Shown here one piece after another: positions 27,990 to 40,652 of a stretch of 64,000 nt of DNA. The stretch is from Antedon mediterranea. Taxonomy: Eukaryota; Animalia; Echinodermata. The translations under genes were made by a program, and so were the position numbers. The notes beneath the pieces were generated by a model. It made no database searches. It saw only the letters and a program-made list of their open reading frames with translations, and was not told the origin of the DNA. The first letter of the stretch is position 1, and the number at the start of each line of letters is the position of its first letter. Location of the stretch: positions 16,430,001-16,494,000 of the forward strand of contig NC_092671.1 of the NCBI RefSeq assembly GCF_964355755.1, given 5' to 3'.

Positions 27990-30900
27990 AAAATCACACT
28001 GATCATATCCAACATTAAGTATTAATAATTATTATTGATTAGGTAGATATTAAAAGATGCGTTATATCAAAGTATGAATACACAGATCATATCCAACAAT
28101 GTGATATAGATTATTAATAATAATTATTGATGAGGTAGATATTGAAAGATGCGTGCTCAGTTATCAAATTATGAATACACAGATCATATCCAACAATGTG
28201 ATATAGATTATTAATAATAATTATTGATGAGGTAGATATTGAAAGATGCGTGCTCAGTTATCAAATTATGACTACACTGATCATATCGAACAATGTGATA
28301 TAAGATATTAATAATAATTATTGATGATGTAGATATTGAAAGATGCGTGCTCAGTTATCAAATTATGACTACACTGAGTATATCCAACAATGTGATATAG
28401 ATTATTAATAATAATTATTGATGAGGTAGATATTTAAGGATGCGTGCTCAGTTATCAAATTATGAATACACTGATCATATCCAACAATGTGATATAAGAT
28501 ATTAATAACAATTATTGATGAGGTAGATATTGAAAGATGCGTGCTCAGTTATCAAATTATGACTACACTGATCATATCGAACAATGTGATATAAATATTA
28601 TTAATAATTATTATTGATTAGGTAGATATTAAAAGATGCGTGCTCAGTTATCAAATTCTGACTACACTGATCATATCCAACAATGTGATATAGATTATTA
28701 ATAATAATTATCGATGAGGTAGATATTGAAAGATGCGTGCTCAGTTATCAAATTATGACTACACTGATCATATCGAACAATGTGATATAAGATATCAATA
28801 ATAATTATTGATGATGTAGATATTGAAAGATGCGTGCTCAGTTATCAAATTATGACTACACTGATTATATCCAACAATGTGATATAGATTATTAATAATA
28901 ATTATTGATGAGGTAGATATTTAAAGATGCGTGCTCAGTTATCAAATTATGACTACACTGATCATATCCAACAATGTGATATAAGATATTAATAACAATT
29001 ATTGATGAGGTAGATATTAAAAGATGCGTGCTCAGTTATCAAATTATGACTACACTGATCATATCCCAAAATGTGATATAGATTATTATTAATAATTATT
29101 GATGATGTAGATATTGAAAGATGCGTGCTCAGTTATCAAATTATGACTACACTGATCATATCCTACAATGTGATATAAGATATTAATAATAATTATTGAT
29201 GAGGTAGATATTAAAAGATGCGTGCTTAGTTATCAAATTATGACTACACTGATCATATCCAACAATGTGACATAGATTATTAACATTAATTATTGATGAG
29301 GTAGATATTAAAAGATGCGTGCTCAGTTATCAAATTATGACTACACTGATCATATCCAACAATGTGATATAGATTATTATTAATAATTATTGATGATGTA
29401 GATATTGAAAGATGCGTGCTCAGTTATCAAATTATGACTACACTGATCATATCCTACAATGTGATATAGATTATTAATAATAATTATTGATGAGGTAGAT
29501 ATTGAAAGATGCGTGCTCAGTTATCAAATTATGACTACACTGATCCTATCAAACAATGTGCTATAGATTGTTAATATTAATTATTGAAAGGTAGATATTT
29601 AAAGATGCATGCTCAGTTATCAAATTATGACTACACTGATCATATCCAACAATGTGATATAAGATATTAATAACAATTATTGATGAGGTAGATATTAAAA
29701 GATGCGTGCTCAGTTATCAAATTATGACTACACTGATCATATCCCAAAATGTGATATAGATTATTATTAATAATTATTGATGATGTAGATATTGAAAGAT
29801 GCGTGCTCAGTTATCAAATTATGACTACACTGATCATATCCTACAATGTGATATAAGATATTAATAATAATTATTGATGAGGTAGATATTAAAAGATGCG
29901 TGCTTAGTTATCAAATTATGACTACACTGATTATATCCAACAATGTGATATAGATTATTAACATTAATTATTGATGAGGTAGATATTTAAAGATGCGTGC
30001 TCAGTTATCAAATTATGACTACACTGATCATATCCAACAATGTGATATAGATTATTAACATTAATTATTGATGAGGTAGATATTAAAAGATGCGTGCTCA
30101 GCTAGTTATCAAATTATGACTACACTGATCATATCCAACAATGTGCTATAGATTATTAATATTAATTATTGAAAGGTAGATAATTAAAGATGCGTGCTCA
30201 GTTATCAAATTATGACTACACTGATCATATCGAACAATGTGATATAAGATATTAATAATAATTATTGATGATGTAGATATTGAAAGATGCGTGCTCAGTT
30301 ATCAAATTATGACTACACTGATTATATCCAACAATGTGATATAGATTATTAATAATAATTATTGATGAGGTAGATATTTAAAGATGCGTGCTCAGTTATC
30401 AAATTATGACTACACTGATCATATCCAACAATGTGATATAAGATATTAATAACAATTATTGATGAGGTAGATATTAAAAGATGCGTGCTCAGTTATCAAA
30501 TTATGACTACACTGATCATATCCCAAAATGTGATATAGATTATTATTAATAATTATTGATGATGTAGATATTGAAAGATGCGTGCTCAGTTATCAAATTA
30601 TGACTACACTGATCATATCCAACAATGTGATGTAGAGTATTAATAATAATTATTGATGAGGTAGATATTGAAAGATGCGTGCTCAGTTATCAAATTATTA
30701 CTAACACTGATCATATATCCAACAATGTGATATAGATTATTAATAATAATTATTGATGAGGTAGATATTTAAAGATGCGTGCTCAGTTATCAAATTCTGA
30801 CTACACTGATCATATCCAACAGTGTGATATAGATTATTAATAATAATTATTGATGAGATAGATATTAAAAGATGCGTGCTCAGTTATCAAATTCTGACTA

Positions 30901-32750
30901 CACTGATCATATCCAACAGTGTGATATAGATTATTAATAATAATTATTGATGAGGTAGATATTAAAAGATGCGTGCTCAGTTATCAAATTATGACTACAC
31001 TGATTATATCCAACAATGTGATATAGATTATTAATAATAATTATTGATGAGGTAGATATTGAAAGATGCGTGCTCAGTTATCAAATTATGACTACACTGA
31101 TCCTATCAAACAATGTGCTATAGATTATTAATATTAATTATTAAAAGGTAGATATTTAAAGATGCGTGCTCAGTTATCAAATTATGACTACACTGATCAT
31201 ATCGAACAATGTGATATAAGATATTAATAACAATTATTGATGATGTAGATATTGAAAGATGCGTGCTCCGTTATCAAATTATGACTACACTGATTATATC
31301 CAACAATGTGATATAGATTATTAATAATAATTATTGATGAGGTGGATATTTAAAGATGCGTGCTCAGTTATCAAATTATGACTACACTGATCATATCCAA
31401 CAATGTGATATAAGATATTAATAACAATTATTGATGAGGTAGATATTAAAAGATGCGTGCTCAGTTATCAAATTATGACTACACTGATCATATCCCAAAA
31501 TGTGATATAGATTATTATTAATAATTATTGATGATGTAGATATTAAAAGATGCGTGCTCAGTTATCAAATTCTGACTACACTGATCATATCCAACAATGT
31601 GATATAGATTATTAATAATAATTATTGATGAGGTAGATATTAAAAGATGCGTGCTCAGTTATCAAATTCTGACTACACTGATCATATCGCACAATGTGAT
31701 ATATTATTAGTAATAATTATTGATGAGGTAGATATTAAAAGATGCGTTCTCAGTTGTCAAATGTTGACTACACTGATCATATCCAACAATGTGATTTAGA
31801 TTATTAACATTAATTATTGATGAGGTAGCTATTAAAAGATGCGTGCTCAGTTATCAAATTCTGACTACACTGATAATATCACACAATGTGATATAGATTA
31901 TTAATAATAATTTTTGATGAGGTAGATATTAAAAGATGCGTGCTCAGTTATCAAATTCTGACTACACTGATCATATCCAACAATGTGATATATTATTAGT
32001 AATAATTATTGATGATGTAGATATTGAAAGATGCGTGCTCAGTTATCAAATTCTGACTACACTGATCATATCCAACAGTGTGATATAGATTATTAATAAT
32101 AATTATTGATGATGTAGATATTGAAAGATGCGTGCTCAGTTATCAAATTCTGACTACACTGATTATATCGAACAATGTGATATAGATTATTAGTAATAAT
32201 TATTGATGATGTAGATATTGAAAGATGCATGCTCAGTTATCAAATTCTGACTACACTGATCATATCCAACAGTGTGATATAGATTATTAATAATAATTAT
32301 TGATGATGTAGATATTGAAAGATGCATGCTCAGTTATCAAATTATGACTACACTGATCATATCGAACAATGTGATATAGATTATTAAAAATAATTATTGA
32401 TGAGGTAGATATTAAAAGATGCGTGCTCAGTTATCAAATTCTGACTACACTGATCATATCCAACAATGTGATATATGATATCAATGCTAATTATTGATGA
32501 GGTAGATATTAAAAGATGCGTGCTCAGTTATCAAATTATGACTACACTGATCATATCCAACAATGTGATATATGATATCAATGCTAATTATTGATGAGGT
32601 AGATATTAAAAGATGCGTGCTCAGTTATCAAATTATGACTACACTGATCATATCCAACAATGTGATATATGATATCAATGCTAATTATTGATGAGGTAGA
32701 TATTAAAAGATGCGTGCTCAGTTATCAAATTGTAACTACACTGATCATAA
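27990..32750 (-). repeat. 97-bp satellite A, right arm, inverted (~49 copies)
   Basis: Reverse complement of the left-arm unit. GATGCGTGCTCAG at 28148, 28245, 28342 (period 97). Confidence 0.95.
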
Positions 32751-33044
32751 TACTGTACAATGCAATTAGACATTGATTTAGTAGTACTGCATATCATTTG
32801 TTATATTAAGAATGTTGTTTTAGTGTTATTAAATTACTTATCGAATTTTTTTGAAAATAAAAATATTAGTATTGATACCTATTAATTTATATATTATAAT
32901 AACATGCTAGATGTTATAATAATGTGATCTTTATTACAACTAAGAAACAATTATGTACGAGGATGATACACACTGATAGTTCTCAGTTATCAAAAAACGA
33001 CTACACAATATAGCTCCTGTCTGCAGAGTAATACTTCTAACAAA

Positions 33045-36000
33045 ATGGCAAGCAAATTAGCCAATATTTTCAGGACTGTTGGAGGTCTTCCAAGAATTCT
33101 CAATACAAGATGTACTATAGGGGTATGCAATGCATCAAATAATAGAGAATGTAAGTTTAAATACATGCTTCGTTTATGTTATTTATTATGAATGAATTGC
33201 TAGGCCTCTAGTTAGGCTAGGCTAGCTATGCATATTTGTGTAGGCCTTTTTTAGTCTGGGCTTACCGGGGACAAAGGCCCCACACGCACGGCGTCCTACG
33301 AAATAAAGAGGGCCGCATGATTTTTTTGAGTGAAAAATTGTGATTATTTAACAGATTAGGTTTAACCAATTACATAGGCCTAATCCTCCAAACGTTACAT
33401 GATTTTATAAGTAACCCTGACTGAAATCAAAGAAAACAAATCCCTGTTTGATGTGTTCTATATTATAAGAGGTGGCCTGGATAGTGGAAGTGAGTAATAA
33501 GATCACAGTCACAGAATGCATCATGATATCCTCTACATCCTAAAATAATTACATCAAATTTAAAAGGCTTTCTATAGTCGTATCCTACTTGTTATACATT
33601 TTGCAAGGCATAAATATTGATCCCCAAACATTTATTTTATTGGACATTACAAATGTTGCATTCACCCCAGTCCTATTTTACAGTGAATATAGCAAGCATG
33701 TGTGTTTGAGAAATTTCTAAAAATACATGTACAGTAGTATCTCAAAATATGAATGACCTTCACTTTTTTACAGATAATTAATGCAATTAATTTTAACACT
33801 GCAGACCTTGGTTTGGAGACTCTGGATTTAATTTGCGAACATTAAGCAACTTAATTTAATCAAGAAGAAACTGTGAAATATGAGATATAAGATAACCAAC
33901 TTGACTCCTAAATAGATTGAACCTAATCCTCTCTATGTATGATTTATGTTTCATAGTAATAATATATTCATTAAATTTAATATTACAAAAGAATTTAATT
34001 CAATGATTTTATCTTATTTAGACTCAACGAACAAACGTATTGAAGTAGCAAAGCCTGTTGTAGAACTTGATGGCGATGAAATGACCAGAGTCATTTGGGA
34101 AAAAATCAAGGAAACTGTAAGAGCATGCCATGATTTTGTAAACGATTATTTTTCAATTGCATGATACAGTATTTTTGTAATATATTGTAGCATATTGATA
34201 TTAATATTAATTGAATGTGTTTGTGTACTTTCAGCTTATATTCCCCTATTTGAAAGTAGATTGCTTATATTATGATCTTGGATTACCGTACAGAGACCAA
34301 ACTGATGATCAAGTAACCATTGATGCTGCTTTGGCTATTAAAGAACACAATGTTGGTATTAAGTGCGCTACAATCACCCCAGACGAGGAGCGTGTTGAAG
34401 GTATAGTCTTTAAGCTGTAAATTGTACCCATTGTGCAAGTTGTCTCTTTTTCTGTATGATGTTCCTGGCGTAGTTGACACTTTAGCCCATGTGTGGATGT
34501 ACTCGGGAACATAGATTGTGATTGAGCTGGCAGTTGACACCTACCATGAAAGTCTAAATCTTTTTTTCCCACCTACCGTTAACTTGTTGAGACCTACCAC
34601 CTCTTGATAAAGTTTCAACCTGACGACTTTTCTACAGAGGCCTTTGAACAAAGATTGTTCTCCTTTTCTTGCGAAAACCGGAACACTTTATTTTTCGTGG
34701 CTACATCACTACCTCTAGATCCATATCATGAATACTGTATGAAGGGAATAAGATTTATTTATTATTACAAACTTATGCTAAATATTAGTTGTCATTTCTG
34801 GTTTTTTTTGGTCAGAATTTAAGTTGAAGAAGATGTGGTTGAGTCCAAATGGCACCATACGTAACATCCTTGGCGGTACAGTTTTCCGCGAACCAATCAT
34901 TTGCAAGGCAGTTCCCCGTCTTGTTCCAGGATGGGAAAAGGCAATTGTTATCGGTCGTCATGCATTTGGAGATCAGGTTTGAAATGAATACCAAACTAAA
35001 ATACATACATGTGACAAGTTTGAGCTTGCTGATAGCTTGAAATTTCCCATTTATGAAAACGTCCAAAAGTTCATGGCTTGAAACTTCCAAAAAATATTTT
35101 TATGTTGTTTTCGGTGATTCTATGCATGATAAACAACAGAATTTTTACTTTTTCAAGTAATTTGAAGTAAAAAATTTAGATTTGAGAAAAAGCTTGAGAT
35201 TTTAGTTCAGAAAGTGTGAGCCTCACGTCAGATGCATGGGACTTTACATATATGAAAATGATAATTACATTATGGTATAAACCTGGAAACAGACATATGT
35301 GTCAGTATTTGAGGTAATATGTTTGTGAGCTGATATAACTTTGTTTTTAATACATAAAAATCTTTTGTTTGTTCAGTACAAAGCGACCGATTTCGTTGCT
35401 CCTGGACCTGGAAAGTTTGAAATGACATTTACTCCATCAGACGGTGGTGACAAGCAGACTTGGGAAGTGTACAACTTCACCGGTGCTGGAGGATGTGGCA
35501 TGGGAATGTACAATACCGATGAGTCAATCGCTGGCTTTGCACACGCATGCTTCCAGTATTCACTCATGAAAAAATGGCCTCTTTACATGAGCACTAAGAA
35601 CACCATTTTGAAGAGATATGATGGCCGTTTCAAGGACATCTTTCAGGAAATATATGAAAAGTTAGTTTTATAATGTATTCCTGCTTCTCCCAAAATTATG
35701 TAAAAAAGAGGTGCACTTATTTTTGTAAAGCTTTGTCTACGCTATCAAACTAGTTTGACAAAAAAAAATCCGATGTGCCCAAATATTATCATGTCCATAT
35801 ATGGGCACATCCCATCAAGTTTGATAGTGTAGACAGAGCTTAACAGTTATTTTCTTTTACCACAATTATACATAGAAAACTTAAAGAATATATTATACAG
35901 ATATTGACTGCTTAGAGGTTAAATATAAGATTTGACATCCCCGAGGGAATAATATTAAGTTTGAGGGAATATATATTTCCTGAGAACTTAATATCATTCC

Positions 36001-39000
36001 CGAGGGGATGTCAAATCTTATATTTTACCGATATAAAAGGCGATATCTGTTATATTATATAGCCAAGAACAAGTCTGCTGGGTTGGGTGAAGCTAGGCTA
36101 GGCCTCCTATACTAGTATTTGTATTGTATGTAAACAAGCCTGCCTAGACACCTTACCTTGCGAAGAATAATATACAGATAATTACTAATTAATGATTCCT
36201 TGGCAATAAAATATTCACTTAGGTCTAGGTCGTTTAAATTAACAGAAGAATTTCCATCAATAAGCCTATTAATAATAATATTATAATTAGGTAGGCCGAA
36301 TAAACAATTCGTCTTCTTCTCTTCGAGGAGCCAAATCGCCGGATGTTCAGCGCGTACTAGTTACTAGGTTACTACCGTGAGTATTGACCAATCACAAACG
36401 GTGTTTCATCACATTTAGGGAGGACTAATAACAAATGAGGGCGCTATGTATGCATAGCTTAAATAGTTTAAAAGATTAATTTCTTCAAGCGAGTTCCGTG
36501 GCGCAGCGGTTGAAGCGTTGTCTTGTGATGGAGTGACAATTCCATCCCGAGTTCAAGATCCAGTAGATGACTTTTGTTTATTTATCGGCAAACGCGAGTG
36601 TTGCAAACGAAAATTACACAGTCAATATCATCGAACTCGAGAATTTATATGATTAATGACAGGGGACACGATAATTACGCGAAAATTACACAGTCAATAT
36701 CATCGTTCTCGAGGATATATACGATTTACGATCCTCGCAGCGGTAGTCATGTGATGCAGTTTCAACCAATCACGTTCGCGTATTTACATAGGCTATGTTA
36801 TATAATGAATTATGAGACAGTCTAAAATAGTAAATTGAATAATTCAATACATATGTACTCTACAAACTTTTTATTAATAATTGTTATTATTTCATTAATG
36901 TTTCAGAGACTATGTAAAGCAATTTGAAGCTGCCAACATTTGGTATGAGCATCGATTGATAGATGATATGGTTGCCCAGGCTGTAAAGTCATCCGGAGCA
37001 TTTGTGTGGGCATGCAAGAATTATGATGGAGATGTACAGTCGGATATTGTTGCTCAAGGTAAAACAAAAAACAAATTCAGACATGTTGTGCTTTTGATTT
37101 ATATACTGTTAGACTATTTTTTTAAATAAATTCAAATTTAACAGGAGAGTATGAAACGGTATACATTAATAACTAATTTTTTAGGGACCTGTTTCTGCAC
37201 ATTCTATAGTAGTCAAAATCTCAGCCCAAAAAAAAAAGCTCTGTCTACACTATCTAACTACAGTCAACTCTCCCAATACCGGACACCCTTGGGCGGGCAT
37301 ATATTTTCCGGTTTTTCAAAAGTCCGGTTTCCTGAAAACATATTTTTAAAGTCATCACGTTGTCACTGAAAATGCTTTGAATCACCGGTCTGAATGCTGC
37401 CCGGTACGGCCTACTTTATTAATATTAAGCTAATTCAATTTACCTTTTTTAAAAGTTACATTATTTACTGTACCAATAAAACATGTTACAGTAGTAAATC
37501 ATTGTTTCTCAATGTGTTTTTAGCGGCAAAAAGGCCTAGGCTAGGCCTACGTACGTACGGTGAACATAATTTTGGTCGTTTATTGTTTATCGCGAGACTA
37601 GCAGCAGCATGGGTGATAAAAATAGCAGAGCGGGGCTTTGATTGATGCGCATGTGCAGAGGTGTCATAATCAAATAAAAACACCCACACTTAGACCACAT
37701 GTTTTTTAAGCTCCTTTATTTTGACGTAATTTGATAGCAATAAACGAGCCAAGCAATAATGACAATAATTAATTGGTAACATTCCAAAGTTTATTAACAC
37801 TAGTTAAGTCAAGTTCATTCCGTTTACGTTTTGCCATAATGATTTCCAAATTTATAATGATGCACATTTTTAGTGAAACATTCCTTTTTAAAGTCCTATT
37901 GCAATTGTGAATTTAACAATAATTTAAACAAAACAAAGACACAAAGTGGAATGTAAATTGAACTTTATTAAAAAACAATTCATATGCTAAAAAACAGGGA
38001 GTTGTTAACAACTCCCTGCTAAAAACAATAGACATTAAGACATAGCGCTCCACCGCAGTTCGATACGCAACAAAGCAATTGCCGCGCTTCGTGGGTTAAC
38101 AATGAACTGACCTGTCAATCAGTGTAGCGCTCCATGGCAACATTATTTGATCGTACCGCGAAACGTCGCGCACTTCATGCATGGTCTGGTCAGGGTATGG
38201 TTAAAAGCTTTTGTACATTGTGAATGTATTGAATCCGAGTCAGCGACGACGATGTTACGTTGTTTTCGTAAATATTTGGAGTTTTTTAACTGTCAGTCCG
38301 GTTTTCAGACGCTAATTTTCATGTTTTGTACTTCATAATTTGTCCGGAATTGGGTATTCCGGTTTTCATAATAAATTACAGTACATTTAGAATAGGGACA
38401 AATTGGGCCTTCCAAAAAAGTCCGGTTTTCCATGAATTCCGGTTTTGGGAGAGTTGACTGTACTTGGACAAAAAAGTATGATTTGCCCAAATATGATAGT
38501 AATATGACATCATCATCCATAATTATGTGGGCACATCACATTTTTTTGTCACATGAAGTTTGATAGTGTAGACCGAGATTTAAACAGTGAATGTCATTTA
38601 AACTTGTAAAGCATGGTACACAATACTTGGAAAATAGGTACCGCATACTAACATCAAAATTGCATTGTTTCAGGTTATGGATCTCTTGGTCTAATGACTA
38701 GTGTACTAGTGTGTCCAGATGGTAAGACAATTGAATCAGAGGCAGCTCATGGTACAGTCACCAGGCATTACAGGGAACATCAAAAGGTTTGTATAAACTA
38801 ATAGTGGTATAATGGAGAGTTTGGGAAAACTCGCGTATACATATCTTGGTCTAGCCAAGGCCAAGCCAACATGTTATACTTCTTTGTCGTTTTCTTGAAA
38901 CATTGTTATACTAATACTCTGTCTGAATTTTCTTGAATAATTTTGCTGGTAAAATTTCATGTGTGCCAACTTCATTTTCAATATTCTTGAATGTGTGAAA

Positions 39001-39924
39001 TGCAATCTGCACGTTCAAACGAATCGAAATCAGTATCAAATATGGTATTGATGTCAAGCTACACAGAATGTGTGACGTACTACCCAAATTTCACCCATAC
39101 GTATACGGATGTTGCACAAACTGCCTATTAAATACTGCCCATATTTGGCATTATGAACCTCTATACATGCAAATTTAATATTGTATATTCTTTGTATGTA
39201 TATGCAGGGTAACTCAACTAGTACTAATCCAGTAGCCAGTATTTTTGCCTGGACTAGAGGATTGGAACACCGTGCTAAACTAGATGGCAATGATGACCTG
39301 AAACACTTCTGCCAAACATTGGAGAAGGTGTGTGTAGATACAATAGATTCTGGCAAGATGACCAAAGATTTAGCTGGGTGCATCCATGGAATTAAGAAGT
39401 AAGTGCCATATTTTAGTTTAACAAGTTTAAGCCTTTGTTAATATAATTCAGAACTGGTTCAAGTTGTTAAAATTCAGTGAAACCTGACTGAATTGGGTGA
39501 ATTGGCAGATCTGATAATTTACCTGGTTTAGTGTGTGTTATGTTTATCTGTGTTTTGGATTCGGTCTATTCTCACATTTTATTGTGAAACCTAACTTTGG
39601 TAAACAAAATAGAACACATTCAATGGAAATCATCAAATCATTAATTGAATCACTTTTAATTAATTAATATTCACATCAGATGAATTCTGTATCATCCAAC
39701 TTAAAAATGAGAATACCAGAAAAAAGCATGTGACTGTTTTGTGTTTGGGCGTCCCATTTAATATAATAAATAATGTAATAATAATATGGAGTAATGTAAA
39801 TTTAAGTTATGTTTACATTTGTTTTATTGTTCAATTATTTTGCAGTGTCAAACCTGAGCATTTTCTTCAAACAATGGACTTTTTAGCTGCTATTGCAGAG
39901 AACCTTAATAAACAACTGAAATAA
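33045..39924 (+). CDS. IDH2: Isocitrate dehydrogenase [NADP], mitochondrial, ~448 aa, 9 coding exons
   Basis: Exons 33045-33150 ([22 protein letters not shown]..., presequence-like), 34022-34116, 34235-34400, 34816-34976, 35377-35660, 36907-37058, 38674-38786, 39208-39398, 39846-39924. All introns GT-AG; exons sum to 1347 nt. Motifs [70 protein letters not shown] (IDH2-type). Confidence 0.95.
35728..35842. mobile_element. MITE family A copy 2 (intronic)
   Basis: AAGCTTTGTCTACGCTATCAAAC...GTTTGATAGTGTAGACAGAGCTT terminal inverted repeats. Confidence 0.75.
35890..36806. mobile_element. Unclassified intronic insertion with a ~100-bp hairpin and a tRNA-like segment
   Basis: Hairpin at ~35923-36023; Pol III A/B-box-like TGGCGCAGCGG...GAGTTCAAGATCC at ~36498-36560; CpG-rich relative to flanks. 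Boundaries approximate. Confidence 0.45.
37236..38582. mobile_element. MITE family A copy 3, split by a nested insertion
   Basis: Left TIR at 37236-37260; the remainder at 38461-38582 ends GTTTGATAGTGTAGACCGAGATT. Confidence 0.75.
37261..38460. mobile_element. Non-autonomous Tc1/mariner-pogo-type DNA transposon (1200 bp)
   Basis: 23-bp TIR CAGTCAACTCTCCCAA(T/A)ACCGGA (22/23 match), flanked by TA on both sides (37259-60, 38461-62). No transposase ORF. Confidence 0.88.
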
Positions 39925-40479
39925 ATGACCAGATTGCCAGTGGTTGCAAGCAGTTTAAAAAGTAAAATGCAACTGAATTTGTAAATTAAATGTGTATATT
40001 TTTAATAAATATGTAAAACGTGGGTACAATTAATTAATTAAAACTAAAAATAATTTCTATTTTACTGAGTAATAATTCTCTCAGCTAATTGAGGCTATTT
40101 AAAAAATTAAACTTGATCTAAGTATGTGTAACCCTAACTCAGGACTATTCTAAGCCCAGAATAGTAAAAACATGCCATACCCTAATTTCTGCCAATTTTG
40201 GCCATTTGGGTAATTTGATAATTTAAAATGTTCACATTTATTTACAAACTTTCCTTTGTATTTTACAAACAGACTTTTGCAGCTTATGTTATGAACAAGT
40301 TTGATTAATTGTTGTGTCTAGAATTTAAACTAAAGCTATCGATCTAGTTTGCTGTAATTTAATCACATTGGTACAGTACTATTTTCTATAAATATTGGAT
40401 AATATTTGTCGTACCATATGCAGTAATCTTTTCCGCTTCATCATAAGTTTGTGCCAATTTTAGATATTTTATTTCTTCT

Positions 40480-40652
40480 AATGTCATTTTGTATGACTTA
40501 AGTTAATATGATTTAAGATGCTTTGTCATTTTATATGACTTAAGTTGCTTTGTCATTTTATATGACTTAAGTTGCTTTGTCATTTTATATGACTTAAGTT
40601 GCTTTGTCATTTTATATGACTTAAGTTACTTTGTCATTTTATAAGACTGTCA
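40480..40652 (+). repeat. 27-bp minisatellite downstream of the IDH2 stop (probable 3'UTR)
   Basis: TTGTCATTTTATATGACTTAAGTTGCT x ~5; AATAAA at ~40685. Confidence 0.85.

Noticed and set aside
36490-36565. Functional tRNA gene
   Set aside because: A/B-box-like motifs are present, but I could not fold a proper acceptor stem and anticodon arm, and it is embedded in a repeat-like insertion.
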